DNA of 64,000 bases from Bdellovibrionales bacterium (GTDB lineage: Bacteria > Bdellovibrionota > Bdellovibrionia > Bdellovibrionales > UBA1609). The notes beneath the pieces were generated by a model, which was not told the origin of the DNA, did not search any database, and saw nothing but the letters and a program-made list of their open reading frames with translations. Each line of letters begins with the position of its first letter. The first letter of the stretch is position 1. Of the stretch, positions 41,644 to 52,626 are shown in pieces. Position numbers and translations under genes: made by a program. Where the stretch lies: positions 384,001 through 448,000 of the forward strand of contig CBDHDF010000002.1 in NCBI GenBank assembly GCA_965261545.1, given 5' to 3'.

Positions 41644-42612
41644 TTGAATTTGCGCATTCAAATACAGAGTTTTGAGGGACCTCTCCCACTTTTACTTCAT
41701 CTTATTAAGCGTGAGGATATGGATATTTTTGATATCAATATCCATGAAATCACTCGCCAGTATTTGGATTATATTCGAGCTATGAAGCAATTTGATTTGG
41801 GTATGGCGGGTGAATTTATTGCTATGGCAGCGACCTTGATTCACATTAAATCCAGAATGCTTCTTCCCCAGTACAATGAGGGAGAAGAAGTTGAAGAAGA
41901 GCTAGACCCTCGACGTGAGTTGGTACATCGCTTATTGGAGTACCAAAAATTCCAAGAGGCTTCAGGGCAGTTATACATGCGTTCACTTGTGGGCCGAGAT
42001 GTTTGGGTGCGAGGGGTGCGGCTTGTTTTTGAAGATTCAAAGGAGGGGGAGCCTATTGTTCTTGGTGAGGACAATGCTTTGTTTGCTCTCATGAGTGCCT
42101 ATCGTAGAGCTTTAAAAAATATGAAAAAAGATGTGCATAGAATTTCTAGTGATATGCTATCTATTGGGGAGCGTATTTTAGAAATCAGAGGTCTTTTGGA
42201 CGTAGGTGAGCTAACTCCTTTTAGCCGTTTGTTGGGTGGGCCGGCTCTTTCTTCAGCTTCTTCAGTGAATCAAGTTCTCGTGACCTTTTTATCCATGCTT
42301 GAATTGGCTAAGATGGGATTTGTGTCTCTTTTTCAATCGGGGAATTTTCAAGAGATCTATGTGAGGACTCATCGTATTATTGATGGTCGTGCGGTGGAGG
42401 TTATCGAGGACTACGATTTGGTGGAAGGAACCTGGGAGACGGCTTTGAATGGAACACTAGAGAATGCTTTGAGTGGGACTTTGGAAAAGACTTTTGTGAA
42501 GGGGGACCTTTTGGGGGATGCCATTGTGGATCCCTCCACTGAGGTGGTTGCAGCCACAGATGAAGATCTGATTCAAGAGGAGTTATTGTTGAACTTGGAA
42601 GGTGGTGTATGA
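41644..42612 (+). CDS. scpA: Segregation/condensation protein A
   Basis: FEGPLPLLLHLI, MAATLIHIKSRMLLP, TFLSMLEL. Confidence 0.92.
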   Translation: MNLRIQIQSFEGPLPLLLHLIKREDMDIFDINIHEITRQYLDYIRAMKQFDLGMAGEFIAMAATLIHIKSRMLLPQYNEGEEVEEELDPRRELVHRLLEYQKFQEASGQLYMRSLVGRDVWVRGVRLVFEDSKEGEPIVLGEDNALFALMSAYRRALKNMKKDVHRISSDMLSIGERILEIRGLLDVGELTPFSRLLGGPALSSASSVNQVLVTFLSMLELAKMGFVSLFQSGNFQEIYVRTHRIIDGRAVEVIEDYDLVEGTWETALNGTLENALSGTLEKTFVKGDLLGDAIVDPSTEVVAATDEDLIQEELLLNLEGGV

Positions 42613-43421
42613 GCAAGGAACAGAAAGAAGGAAGGCAAGTCGAAGAGGGAGAAGCACTTGAGCTTGATAGAGTGGCGTCTATTATTGAGAGTATTTTGTT
42701 CTCCACAGATCGTCCCCAAAGTTTTTCCCTGATCAGTCAGGTCTTTCGTGGCACCAATATAAAGACTTCAGATATAAGGAAAGCCATAGAAATGCTCCGA
42801 GTAGATTATGCTAACGGCCTTCGCGGAGTGACTTTGGAAGAGGTCAGTGGTGGCTTTCAGTTGCGAACAAAGGTTGATAATATGGTTTACCTGAAGTCTA
42901 TGTTGAAAATGAAAGCCTTTAAATTGTCGGGGCCAGCTCTTGAGGTACTGTCTATTGTTGCCTATAAGCAACCTTGTGTGAAAATCACAGTGGATGAAAT
43001 TCGTGGTGTGGAGTCGGGCCACCTCATTCGTGGACTTATGGATAGGGGGCTAGTTCGTTTTGCAGGTAAGAGCGAGTTGCCAGGTAAGCCCATGCTTTAC
43101 GCTACGACACAAAAATTTTTAGAAATATTTGGATTGAGAAACCTCAAAGAGCTTCCGAGCTTGGCTGAGATGGACGAACTTTTACCAGAGGGTATTGGTG
43201 AAGTTGATGGTCAAGAGGATCAAAGGCAAAGCCTTACTGATGTGGCAAAAGAACTCGTCCAGACATCAGTCGAGAAAGAGTACTCTCAAAGTGAAAGAGA
43301 ATTAGTGCAAATTACAGAACAGCTAAATACAATAGAGACGACTTCAGAGTTTTTTGAGGAAGAAAAAAGACGTTTAAAGGCAGAGAGGAACGTAGAAAAA
43401 ACTTTGGATAACCCAAGGTAA
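42609..43421 (+). CDS. scpB: SMC-Scp complex subunit ScpB
   Basis: LEVLSIVAYKQP..IRGV, PGKPMLYATT.KFLE.FGL. Confidence 0.93.
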   Translation: MSKEQKEGRQVEEGEALELDRVASIIESILFSTDRPQSFSLISQVFRGTNIKTSDIRKAIEMLRVDYANGLRGVTLEEVSGGFQLRTKVDNMVYLKSMLKMKAFKLSGPALEVLSIVAYKQPCVKITVDEIRGVESGHLIRGLMDRGLVRFAGKSELPGKPMLYATTQKFLEIFGLRNLKELPSLAEMDELLPEGIGEVDGQEDQRQSLTDVAKELVQTSVEKEYSQSERELVQITEQLNTIETTSEFFEEEKRRLKAERNVEKTLDNPR

Positions 43422-43558
43422 AAAAATAAAGCAAGATAAAATTTGAACTTGCTCCATGTGATTTGATTGAATCCGCAACGCCTCATACAGAGGCGTTTCA
43501 GTGGGATTTGTTTCTTCTTGGTAATCTAAGCAATGACAAGTTTTGCTCAACAAGTGAA

Positions 43559-43957
43559 CTAACTGTTAAAACCCGTCCTATTGTTACTCGTGCGTCCCCC
43601 AGGCGTGTTTCCCTGAGGATTTTGCGTGTTGCTAGCAACCGTGCTGTGTCCAACAGGAATGGTGTTCTCTGTTACATGAGGAGTAGGTGGCACTGGAGTT
43701 GCATTAGCATTGCTTTGCATAGATGCATTTGTCTCCCTTTCAATAAAGTCCATATGTGGCAAACACCAGACAATAAGTTGAGCACGAGACTTCACGCTCA
43801 TTTTCTTATAGATATTTGTCAAATGGAACTTGACGGTCTTTTCTGTTACAAAAAGCTGGCTTGCCACTTCCTTGTTGGACAGACCTTGTGTCACCAATTC
43901 TGCAACTTCGGCTTCTCTATTTGATAAGCCCTTTTGTATTAAGACATCTTTGAGCAT
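43559..43957 (-). CDS. LuxR-type HTH regulator
   Basis: LSNREAEVAELV.QGLSNKEVA.QLFVTEKTVKFHLTNIYKK. Confidence 0.9.
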   Translation of the reverse strand: MLKDVLIQKGLSNREAEVAELVTQGLSNKEVASQLFVTEKTVKFHLTNIYKKMSVKSRAQLIVWCLPHMDFIERETNASMQSNANATPVPPTPHVTENTIPVGHSTVASNTQNPQGNTPGGRTSNNRTGFNS

Positions 43958-44401
43958 CCTTGCTCCCTCCCCCAATACATGGATTAATGAGTTGATTTTT
44001 TATCTTTGGCCGATGGTATCGGCCTCCTGCTATCTATATAAAAGTCTGTCAGGGTTTTTTATGAAGTGCAAGTCTAAATAAATTTCCATAAAAATTCTGG
44101 ACTGAACTCTCGCAGGGGGGACAAAGAGAGGGGGTGATGGTACAAACAAATTAAGATAAAACTTTTAAGTATCTATATATATTATTTTTTTAAAGAACAG
44201 AAAAATATTATGCATAATGTCTAAATTATTCAACGCTTTGGGTCCAAAAGGTATTTTTTCCTTTTTTTAATAAATTAATCTAATGGTCTAGTTTAAATTA
44301 TTCTAATCATTCGCCCTAAATATCCAAGGGTTGTCACATAAATTGCTTATTTTTCAAGCAACCTATTCAAGTCATCTATAGGTCATTTATTAAGAATAAA
44401 T

Positions 44402-46987
44402 TTACAAGAAGTCTTTTTGCCACTTGGATATTTGATTGAGAGCTTCTAGGGGAGTTAAGCCATGGATGTCAAAATTGCGAAGAGCTTCGAGCCATTCATG
44501 ACCTTTATTTGGTGGGGTTTCATTTGAGGTTTCTTTATTGTCGCTATTGTAGTTATTACAGTGAGACTCTTCACTTTGGCTTTCAGTCAGCGAAAGTTGT
44601 TGGCTTCCAGGATGGATAGGGCCAATTTCTAACTTTTGGAGAAGCAAAGAGGCACGGCGAATGACCTTTTGAGGTAATCCGGCAAGTTTTGCAACTTGGA
44701 TGCCATAGGATTTATTGGCAGGGCCTTGCATTAAAGTATGAAGAAAGTGAATATCCCCTCCCTTTTCTCGTATGGACATATGGCCATTGCGAACTTGTGG
44801 ATAGCGATGGCTCAAGGAGGTGAGTTCATGGTAGTGGGTTGCAAAGAAGGTCATAGCTCCCTTTTGGGTGACAAGAAACTCTAAAATAGCTTGGGCAAGG
44901 CTCATTCCATCGTAGGTACTTGTTCCACGGCCGACCTCATCTAAAATGACAAGAGAATCTTTGTTGGCGTGTTTAAGCATTTCTGCTGTTTCTTGCATCT
45001 CCACCATAAAGGTCGATAAACCTTCTGTGAGTGAATCACTGGCTCCAATGCGTGTGAAAATTTGATGAAAAGTAGGGAGAACAGCTTTTTCAGCGGGGAC
45101 AAAAGAGCCTATTTGAGCAATGAGAACCGTGGCGGCGACTTGGCGCATGAGTGTGCTTTTTCCTGCCATATTGGGGCCCGTGAGCATAAGACATTCTCCA
45201 GACTTTAAAGTCACATTGTTGGGAATAAAAGGACTTTTCATGGCTTGCTCCACCACAGGGTGGCGGGAAGCTTGTAGCTCTAAAGAAGAATTTTTTGAAA
45301 ACTGAGGTCGCTTGTAATTATATTCTTGAGCGAGGGCGGCCAAGCTACTTAAAACATCGAGTTCACTCCATGTTCGACTCAGCAAAAGCAACTCGGGAAT
45401 GAGATTTAAAGTCTCCTTTCGTAGAGCTGCAAAAATAGCTTGTTCTTTTTCCATGCGTTTGACCTTAGCCGATAAAATTTTATCTTCCAGCTCTTGCAGC
45501 TCTTGGGTCACATACCTTTCAGCTTGAGTGAGTGTTTGTTTTCGTTTGTAGTGATCGGGGATTTTGGCTTTGTGGGTGTGGGTGACTTCAATATAGTAAC
45601 CAAACACATTGTTGTAGCGAATCTTCAAAGATGGAATTCCCGTGGCTAACTTTTCTTGATTTTCCATTTGGAGGAGAAGCTCCTGGCCGGCTTCGGAAAG
45701 CTCAATGAGCTTGTCCAAGTCGCGATCCACACCTTGGCGAATAGCTCCTCCCTTGTTTAAATTTGCTGGGGCTTCTTCACAAAGGGTCGCCTCTATTTTT
45801 TTCACCAATGTTTCGGTCACCTGAAGGGAGGTGGATTCTATTTTTCCCTGGGCACAGAAAGGGCTGATGGCAAGGCCCGTTCGAAGAGAGTCCGCCAATG
45901 ATAGGAGGTCCCGGGGGTGACACTGGGGGAGGCTTATCTGGCCCAATCGCCTTTCAATATCTCCCATTTCTCCAAGAACTTGGCGTAGCTTTTTAAGCTC
46001 TAAGTGACGATCATACCAAGTTTGCACCTCATCTTGACGATGGGAAATCTCTTTGACATCAGTGAGGGGAAAGTGGAGCCAGTTTTTTAGAAGTCTAGCT
46101 CCTGCGGATGTCTTGGTTCGGTTGATGGCATAAAACAGGCTTCCCTTGGAGATTCCACGATAGGTGCAGAAAATTTCAAGGTGGCGTATCACTGTGGGTT
46201 GAAGTTCCATCACCCTGTGCAACTGTCTTAGCTCAAAGGATGAAATAGATTTATAGATATCCTCCCCCTTCATATAGTGGGCGTAACTTATAAGCCTTTG
46301 GGCAGAGAAGGGAAGTTTTTTGAATTCAGAAGGAAGATTTTCATTCACTTCGTGGGGTGAGATATGGTAGTGGCCCATTTCTTCTGTAAAACACTGGGCT
46401 TTCATAGCTTGTGAAAGCACGAGTTCCACAGGTTGGAGGCTTGTAAGAAGTCTTTCTCGAAGCTGATTCCTTTTGTCAGAGGACTTTTTGCTAAAAGGCT
46501 CTTTGTTAGAGGGTTCTAGGCTCGGGGTCGCAGGTTCTAGGTAGTAAAAAGCCTCCCCTGTGGATGTTTCTAGGAAGCTGATAGAGTCGTTGTCGAAACT
46601 ACAAAGATAGTTGGCTTTTAGTTCATCCAAGGTTTTGGGATCGTAGACCATACCAGGGCTGAGGATGCGGGTCACCGCTCTTTTGACAAGACCTTTGGCT
46701 TCTTTGGGGTCTTCAACCTGGTCACAAATGGCCACCTTGTGGCCAGCGGCGAGGAGCTTGCCAATGGGGGCTCCAACACTGTGGTGGGGCATTCCGCACA
46801 TCTTGGTTTCGTCCTTGGCCTTTTTGTTTCTTTGGGTGAGGGCGATATTCAGGAGAGGAGCGGCAATTTCAGCATCTTTGTGGAAGATTTCAAAAAAATC
46901 TCCCATGCGAAAAAGGAGAATTTTATCTTGGTGTTGGTTTTTAATCCTCCAGTACTGCTCCATTAAAGGTGTTTGTTTGGCTGTCAT
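44402..46987 (-). CDS. mutS: DNA mismatch repair protein MutS
   Basis: TPLMEQY, FRMGDFFE, TGPNMAGKST, STFMVEM, DEVGRGTST, SYGIQVA. Confidence 0.97.
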   Translation of the reverse strand: MTAKQTPLMEQYWRIKNQHQDKILLFRMGDFFEIFHKDAEIAAPLLNIALTQRNKKAKDETKMCGMPHHSVGAPIGKLLAAGHKVAICDQVEDPKEAKGLVKRAVTRILSPGMVYDPKTLDELKANYLCSFDNDSISFLETSTGEAFYYLEPATPSLEPSNKEPFSKKSSDKRNQLRERLLTSLQPVELVLSQAMKAQCFTEEMGHYHISPHEVNENLPSEFKKLPFSAQRLISYAHYMKGEDIYKSISSFELRQLHRVMELQPTVIRHLEIFCTYRGISKGSLFYAINRTKTSAGARLLKNWLHFPLTDVKEISHRQDEVQTWYDRHLELKKLRQVLGEMGDIERRLGQISLPQCHPRDLLSLADSLRTGLAISPFCAQGKIESTSLQVTETLVKKIEATLCEEAPANLNKGGAIRQGVDRDLDKLIELSEAGQELLLQMENQEKLATGIPSLKIRYNNVFGYYIEVTHTHKAKIPDHYKRKQTLTQAERYVTQELQELEDKILSAKVKRMEKEQAIFAALRKETLNLIPELLLLSRTWSELDVLSSLAALAQEYNYKRPQFSKNSSLELQASRHPVVEQAMKSPFIPNNVTLKSGECLMLTGPNMAGKSTLMRQVAATVLIAQIGSFVPAEKAVLPTFHQIFTRIGASDSLTEGLSTFMVEMQETAEMLKHANKDSLVILDEVGRGTSTYDGMSLAQAILEFLVTQKGAMTFFATHYHELTSLSHRYPQVRNGHMSIREKGGDIHFLHTLMQGPANKSYGIQVAKLAGLPQKVIRRASLLLQKLEIGPIHPGSQQLSLTESQSEESHCNNYNSDNKETSNETPPNKGHEWLEALRNFDIHGLTPLEALNQISKWQKDFL

Positions 46988-47375
46988 AATTTCTTTCAAG
47001 TAACACAAAGTCCTTTCTAAAGGCAAATGAGTTTTTATGGGTTTCTTGGATGCGTACCTCATGCAAGAAAGAGCCTAGCTCCGTTTGAGAAAGCTTTTGA
47101 AAAAAAATGTAACATAATATTTCACCAGTTGTTATTTCAAAGTGCTTATTGAGAAGGCTTTTGTCATATGGTCTCACAAGGGTTTTGTGAACAATATCAT
47201 TCATTTTATGGCGGTCCAAGAGCAAACCACTGTCTAGGTCAACCTTGCCTTTACAGGTGACTTCAACTTTGTAATCGTGACCATGGATATTCTTTTCTTT
47301 GTCGGTGAAATTTTTGTGTCCCGAAATCTGATGTATGGCTCTGATGGTGTATCTTTGGGTGAGATGTATTTTCAT
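46941..47375 (-). CDS. PTPS/QueD-family protein, divergent paralog
   Basis: HGHDYKVEVT, G.LLD, TTGE; lacks Cys before HGH. Confidence 0.75.
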   Translation of the reverse strand: MKIHLTQRYTIRAIHQISGHKNFTDKEKNIHGHDYKVEVTCKGKVDLDSGLLLDRHKMNDIVHKTLVRPYDKSLLNKHFEITTGEILCYIFFQKLSQTELGSFLHEVRIQETHKNSFAFRKDFVLLERNYDSQTNTFNGAVLED

Positions 47376-47890
47376 CAGAGTAGATTTCCATATTCGACCC
47401 AAAGGTCATCGTTTTCAAATAACCTCACCTTGTGTAAGCGAATGGAGAAAATGTTTCTACAGTCATCATTACTGTCACTGTTACTACTACTGCCACTGCT
47501 ACTATTATCACTGTAGGAGATTTTTTCATGGAGTTGTTCAAAGCAATATCTTGCAATGTTTTCAGTGGTGGGAACCTGGGTTTTGAATTCTTCCACATCG
47601 TCGTTAAGGTATTGGTGGTCTAGGGGCCTTACGACTTCATTTAATAGGATATCCACATCTTTAAGGTTGATAATCATGCCTGTTTCAGGGTTGACGGAGC
47701 CTTCAATATAGGCGTCTAAAATATAGTTGTGCCCATGGCCGTGTTCACTATAGCAAAGCCCAAAGATTTTTTGATTTTTTTCTTTGCTCCAATTTTTATT
47801 GAAATAACGGTGGCCGCAACTAAAGTGCACTCTTCTTGCAAGAAGGGACCTCATGGGTTTTATGGAAAGGGGGTTGGTGTGAGTTTTCAT
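47375..47890 (-). CDS. queD: 6-pyruvoyl-tetrahydropterin / 6-carboxytetrahydropterin synthase
   Basis: FG.C...HGHGHNY, GMIINL, LDHQYLN, PTTENIA. Confidence 0.8.
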   Translation of the reverse strand: MKTHTNPLSIKPMRSLLARRVHFSCGHRYFNKNWSKEKNQKIFGLCYSEHGHGHNYILDAYIEGSVNPETGMIINLKDVDILLNEVVRPLDHQYLNDDVEEFKTQVPTTENIARYCFEQLHEKISYSDNSSSGSSSNSDSNDDCRNIFSIRLHKVRLFENDDLWVEYGNLL

Positions 47891-48606
47891 GCGATGCTGA
47901 TGCCTCCATCAATGGTCATGATGGAGCCAGTGACCCACTGGGCATTGATGAGGTATTGGGTCATTTCGGCCACCTCTTGGGGGGAGCCTATTCTTCCAAG
48001 GGGGTGAAGTTTATGGACCTCTTGGAGTTGGTTTTCAGGAAGACCATAAAAGCTATGAATGGGTGTATTGACAATGCCAGGGCAGATACAGTTGACCCGG
48101 ATGCCATGGGAGGCCCACTCCTGAGCTAGGCTTTGAGTCCACATCACCATGGCTGCTTTGATGGAGGAGTAGGCGGAGAGGTTGGGCACAGGGCGTAGAG
48201 CTGCCGATGATGCAATATTGATGACGGTGGGGGAGGTGGCTTGCTGGAGTTGGGGGAAAAAAGTGCGAGTGAGCCTTACAGGCCCCATCATATTGATCTG
48301 CCATTGTCGATCCCACTCTTCATCGGATGTATTTTCAAAGCTTGCTCTTGAAAACACCCCCGCATTATTGATGAGGACATCAATGGGTTGATTTCCCACG
48401 GCTCTCACCAATGGGGTCATATCTGCTGATGAGGATAAATCACAGCTTACAGCTTTGGAAGAAGAGCCAATCTCTTGGCAAACTTGTTGGAGCCTTTCAG
48501 TATTTCTCCCCGTGAGAATGAGCTGGTAGTTGCCTTGTTGGCCAAGGAGTTTGGCCATGGCCGCCCCCAAACCACTACTTGCCCCTGTGATAAGTGCTAT
48601 TTTCAT
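47887..48606 (-). CDS. SDR family oxidoreductase
   Basis: TGASSGLG, NNAG, YSSIK, PLGRIG. Confidence 0.92.
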   Translation of the reverse strand: MKIALITGASSGLGAAMAKLLGQQGNYQLILTGRNTERLQQVCQEIGSSSKAVSCDLSSSADMTPLVRAVGNQPIDVLINNAGVFSRASFENTSDEEWDRQWQINMMGPVRLTRTFFPQLQQATSPTVINIASSAALRPVPNLSAYSSIKAAMVMWTQSLAQEWASHGIRVNCICPGIVNTPIHSFYGLPENQLQEVHKLHPLGRIGSPQEVAEMTQYLINAQWVTGSIMTIDGGISIA

Positions 48607-49297
48607 GGGGAGAATCATGATTATAAAATGAAACGATGTCAATATTTATCGTCTTTTTGTGACCCAGAAGGGTCAGGGAGCAGCAGAAGGTTTGAGGTAC
48701 ACCTTATTATGGATGTGTGATGTGTGGGAGTGTGTGGTGGATCTGTATTATGGCTCGACTGAGTATGCCATATGTGATCCAATACTTTATTTTGACGGAC
48801 TTTTCATGGGTTCCTTTGACCTCGAAGCAATTTTTATGATTTTATCCTGACTGAGTTTAAGTTGTTGAGAGTGATATTTTGATTAGCAAGGTGTGTCGAG
48901 GTGAAGTGAGTGAGAAAAGGATGACTGATTCTCTCTGTTTGGTTTGCTCTCCCGCCTGGTGGTCAAGAAATTAAGAGCACTTGAGATTTCCAAGTTCTCT
49001 TGGGAGGATAATTTCGCTGTATCTGATTTGATGGATTATTTTTGGAAGCCTAGTTCCTGGCATTTAAAGCAGGAGATCCTCCCACAGGTGGTGGCTACTT
49101 GCTTGAATCGACGCAACATCCTGTTGCGGATCTTTCAGTCTCGGGCTCCTGCCCTCGCCCCTCAGCCCCAGGGGGCTTTCGGGTACGACTGAAAGATTCT
49201 TAGTCTCGATTCCACATTGAGAGGAGATTGAGAGGAGCGTCCTATCCAGTGGGACTTTATTTGGCCCCTCAGGGAGAATAACTACCGACCATGTAGT

Positions 49298-49842
49298 TTA
49301 AATAAGTTCTGTGGCGGCTTGGCGAACATGTTCTTCTGTAATTTGTTCTTCAGAAGCTTTCATACATGCAATCAATGAACCTCTGGCAATCAAATTGGCT
49401 TTTCTTAGCAAGCCTCCAGAGCCCTGCCAAATGGCTGTGACAGCATTATCTGTCATGAGTTTATTCTTGATTCCAGAGATTTTAAGGTGATGATCTAGAT
49501 AATTTCTCATATTTTCTTCATTAAGAGCTGGTAGGTGAGCGTGGGTCATCACACGAGAAGCCAAGGGCAGAGAAGTTCTATACTTCAATTTATCAAGAAG
49601 GTTATTCTGTCCCACCAAAATAAGTGAGAATCTTTTTTCAGAATCAAAGTTGAATTGGTTAATCGTATGCAATTCAGCAAAGACATCGACTCTCAATAAG
49701 GATGCCTCATCAATGATAACCACAATTTTATTTCTTTGTTGTTCTAATATTTCTGAGATGGCTTCTTTGAATTCCTTAAGAAGGAAGGACCTATGGTTTC
49801 CTCTTAAATTTAAATTTATACTCCAACACAATTGTCTATATA
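49298..49842 (-). pseudogene. ExeA-like AAA ATPase, C-terminal fragment truncated by ISNCY
   Basis: VVIIDEA, LILVGQ, LASR; no Walker A left. Confidence 0.75.
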
Positions 49843-51988
49843 GTTCCTGTCCAGGGAAGAAAGTTAAGTAGTTTTAAGTATTTACATGCCTTCCCTTTAG
49901 ATTTTATGCTTTAAAATGGAGTCCATCAAACATAATCCGTGTAAATTCAGTTACTTACATAAAACGGAAAAATAAAATAAGTTCCCCCCCCCTCTCTTGA
50001 CGAACCTTTCACAGCCCCTCCCTTTCAGTGACTTATGTGGCTATCAACTGGTTACTTGATATGAGAGGAAGAGTTGGATCAACCTGTGTTTCCACCGTGG
50101 TGATTTCAAACCTCCTTCAGGGAAATAACATTACGTTGCGCATCAACTTCAAAAAATACTTGACGTGTTTTTTCAGAGAAATAATTTTTGATATTTTATT
50201 CTTCATTTATTTTTTATGTAGGTTTTAGGAGGCGTGGGAACCTCTCTATGAGGTAGAATTCTTATCCATGTTCTCCGAGAACCTCTCTGATTTTTTTCTT
50301 CTTAAAAGACATCCTTGCTCACTTTTTTCCCTCAAAAAAACGTATGTTAATATAAAAATTAAAGAGAAACTTTCACCAAAGGGGGGACTATGCGCCATTT
50401 GAAGAAGACACAGTTGGGACTCTTTTCCCAATATCCTAACCACCAACTCAGTACAGAATTGCAGCAAATTAATAACATCATTGATCGCCATCCAGAGTTT
50501 GCCCATATGGTTCATGAAGACCTTGTTAAAGAAAAGAAAGATTCTGGTGATATTGGTATGACATCGGAGCAAGTTCTCAAGGTGGCTATTCTTAAATCCA
50601 TAAGAGGTCTTTCCTATCGTGCGTTAGCCTTTAATCTTGTCGATTCAGTATCCACCAGAGCTTTTCTGGGCCTTGAATTGGAAGAAAATTACGCTCACTC
50701 CACCTTACAGGACTTGATTGTTCAAATAAGTGAAGAAACTTGGGGAATTATTAGCGCCTCTTTAGTTTCAGATGCAAGAGATCAAAAGATTGAGCCGTGT
50801 AAGAAAATGAGATTGGACAGTACAGTGACGAAATCAAATATTCATCATCCAACGGATGCATCGCTTTTATATGACTGCATAAGAGTTACAGAAAGAGAAT
50901 TTAAAAAAGTTCGTAAAAATGTCATGAAAGATTTTTGGCGACTTATTTCAAGAGAAGATCTTAAGAGAGCAAAAACCTTTCTTTACAAAATTAATAATTC
51001 CAAAAATGATGCGGAAAGACTACCTTGCTATAAGGAGCTTTTAAAAATCGCTACCAAATTGAACAAAGGATTACCTGATACCATCAGAAAGATAAAAAAA
51101 GAACAAAAATGTGTGAAGATGAATGCTTTGAAAAAGAGTCTAAAACAGTTAGAAAATGTTGCCTTCTACCTGGAAAAAATCATCTTTCAAACTCAAAAAA
51201 GAGTTATTGAGGGGAAAAAAGTATCTTCTGAAAAAAAGGTCCTATCCATCTTTGAACCGCATACAGACATTATTGTAAAGGGGCAAAGAGAAGTCGAGTT
51301 TGGGCATAAAATCTTTCTGACCTCAGGGCAAAGCAACATGATTTTAGATTGTCAGATCCCTGATGGCAACCCCGCAGACTCTGATATGTTTTTAAAAGTT
51401 ATGAATTCAGTGACACAAACCTATGGGGCTTGCCCTGTAAAAGTAAGTGCAGATGGTGGGTTTGCTTCAAAAGAAAATCTTGAAGAGGCCAAAGAGATGG
51501 GGGCTAAAGATGTTTGCTTCCCAGAAAAAAAAGGAATGAAAATATTAAAGATGGTTAAAAGTGCTTGGGTCTTTAAAAATCTTCTCAATTGGAGAGCCGG
51601 AATAGAGGCTGTTATTTCATTCCTTAAGAGATGTTTTGGTATGAGAGTTGCTTACTGGAAAGGGCATGATGGTTTTAAGAGGTATGTAAAGAATGCCGTT
51701 TGTGCCTATAATTTTGTTGTCTTGGCAAGACATGAATTATCAACTGTCACCTAAATTTATCCATTAGGAATAACAGCAATGGACCAGGTCGAAGGTGCTA
51801 AAATCTTCCAAAGGTAGGGGTGCGTCTTCAAATCGAAAAAACTAGGGCGCAAGTCGCTTAAAGACCTTTTTCCCCTTAATCTGTAGAGTTTGTGTGGCAA
51901 ATCTCCAACTCTCACTCCCCCATTGAGGCATTGGGAGGCTCAATGGGGAGTGTCAGAGAACAAAAAATGGGCCTTTCTGGACAGAAAC
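49843..51988 (+). mobile_element. ISNCY/IS5-like element copy 2
   Basis: Near-identical to 26354-28508; flanks TATATA / TAAATA. Confidence 0.9.
50390..51754 (+). CDS. ISNCY (IS5-like) transposase copy 2
   Basis: One amino-acid difference from copy 1. Confidence 0.85.
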   Translation: MRHLKKTQLGLFSQYPNHQLSTELQQINNIIDRHPEFAHMVHEDLVKEKKDSGDIGMTSEQVLKVAILKSIRGLSYRALAFNLVDSVSTRAFLGLELEENYAHSTLQDLIVQISEETWGIISASLVSDARDQKIEPCKKMRLDSTVTKSNIHHPTDASLLYDCIRVTEREFKKVRKNVMKDFWRLISREDLKRAKTFLYKINNSKNDAERLPCYKELLKIATKLNKGLPDTIRKIKKEQKCVKMNALKKSLKQLENVAFYLEKIIFQTQKRVIEGKKVSSEKKVLSIFEPHTDIIVKGQREVEFGHKIFLTSGQSNMILDCQIPDGNPADSDMFLKVMNSVTQTYGACPVKVSADGGFASKENLEEAKEMGAKDVCFPEKKGMKILKMVKSAWVFKNLLNWRAGIEAVISFLKRCFGMRVAYWKGHDGFKRYVKNAVCAYNFVVLARHELSTVT

Positions 51989-52226
51989 TAAATAGGTTCT
52001 TTTTTGGCGAGATTGTTTTTTCTTTGAGTCCCAATAGCCGTGTATCTCATAAACGTAAATTTTACCGTTTCTCTTTTGCTCATGTAAATAAGACATTGTT
52101 ACCAATGGTAACAAGGATTTTGAATTCTTTCAATTCAAAAGAGGTCTGAAACTGCGTTATATTTGTTCTGAAGTCAGATTCTAGACTTTAAACCTAAACC
52201 TTGTTACCATTTTTGTAGAATTCAGG
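51989..52226 (-). mobile_element. Left-end remnant of IS1634-A
   Basis: Reverse complement of ~17715-17952. Confidence 0.9.
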
Positions 52227-52287
52227 TTATATATCATCCAATAATACAATAATATCCTTATTCACTCATTATAGAGAGCAGTCAAAG

Positions 52288-52626
52288 ATGCCAAAATCTG
52301 TACCCCGGACTTATTCACGTTATACCGAAGAAGCTTTGAAGCTGATGGCCGGACTTATCCGCACAGCCAGACTTGAACGCAAACTCAGCGCTCAAGCAGT
52401 CGCCGAGCGCACTGGCATATCTCGAAGTATGCTCCAGCGTATTGAAAAAGCTGATATGAAGTGTGAGATTGGTGCAGTGTTTGAAGTGGCCACTATTGTC
52501 GGGGTCAGGTTATTTGGCCACGAAGGCTCCTCTTTGTCCAAACATATCAAGCAAACCCAGGATAAACTTACTCTGCTTCCCCAAAAAGGGCGCAAAACAA
52601 TAAAAGTGGTCGATGATGACTTCTAA
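52288..52626 (+). CDS. XRE-family HTH protein (HipB-like antitoxin)
   Basis: IRTARLERKLS..VAERTGISR..LQRIEK; overlaps the HipA gene. Confidence 0.85.
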   Translation: MPKSVPRTYSRYTEEALKLMAGLIRTARLERKLSAQAVAERTGISRSMLQRIEKADMKCEIGAVFEVATIVGVRLFGHEGSSLSKHIKQTQDKLTLLPQKGRKTIKVVDDDF

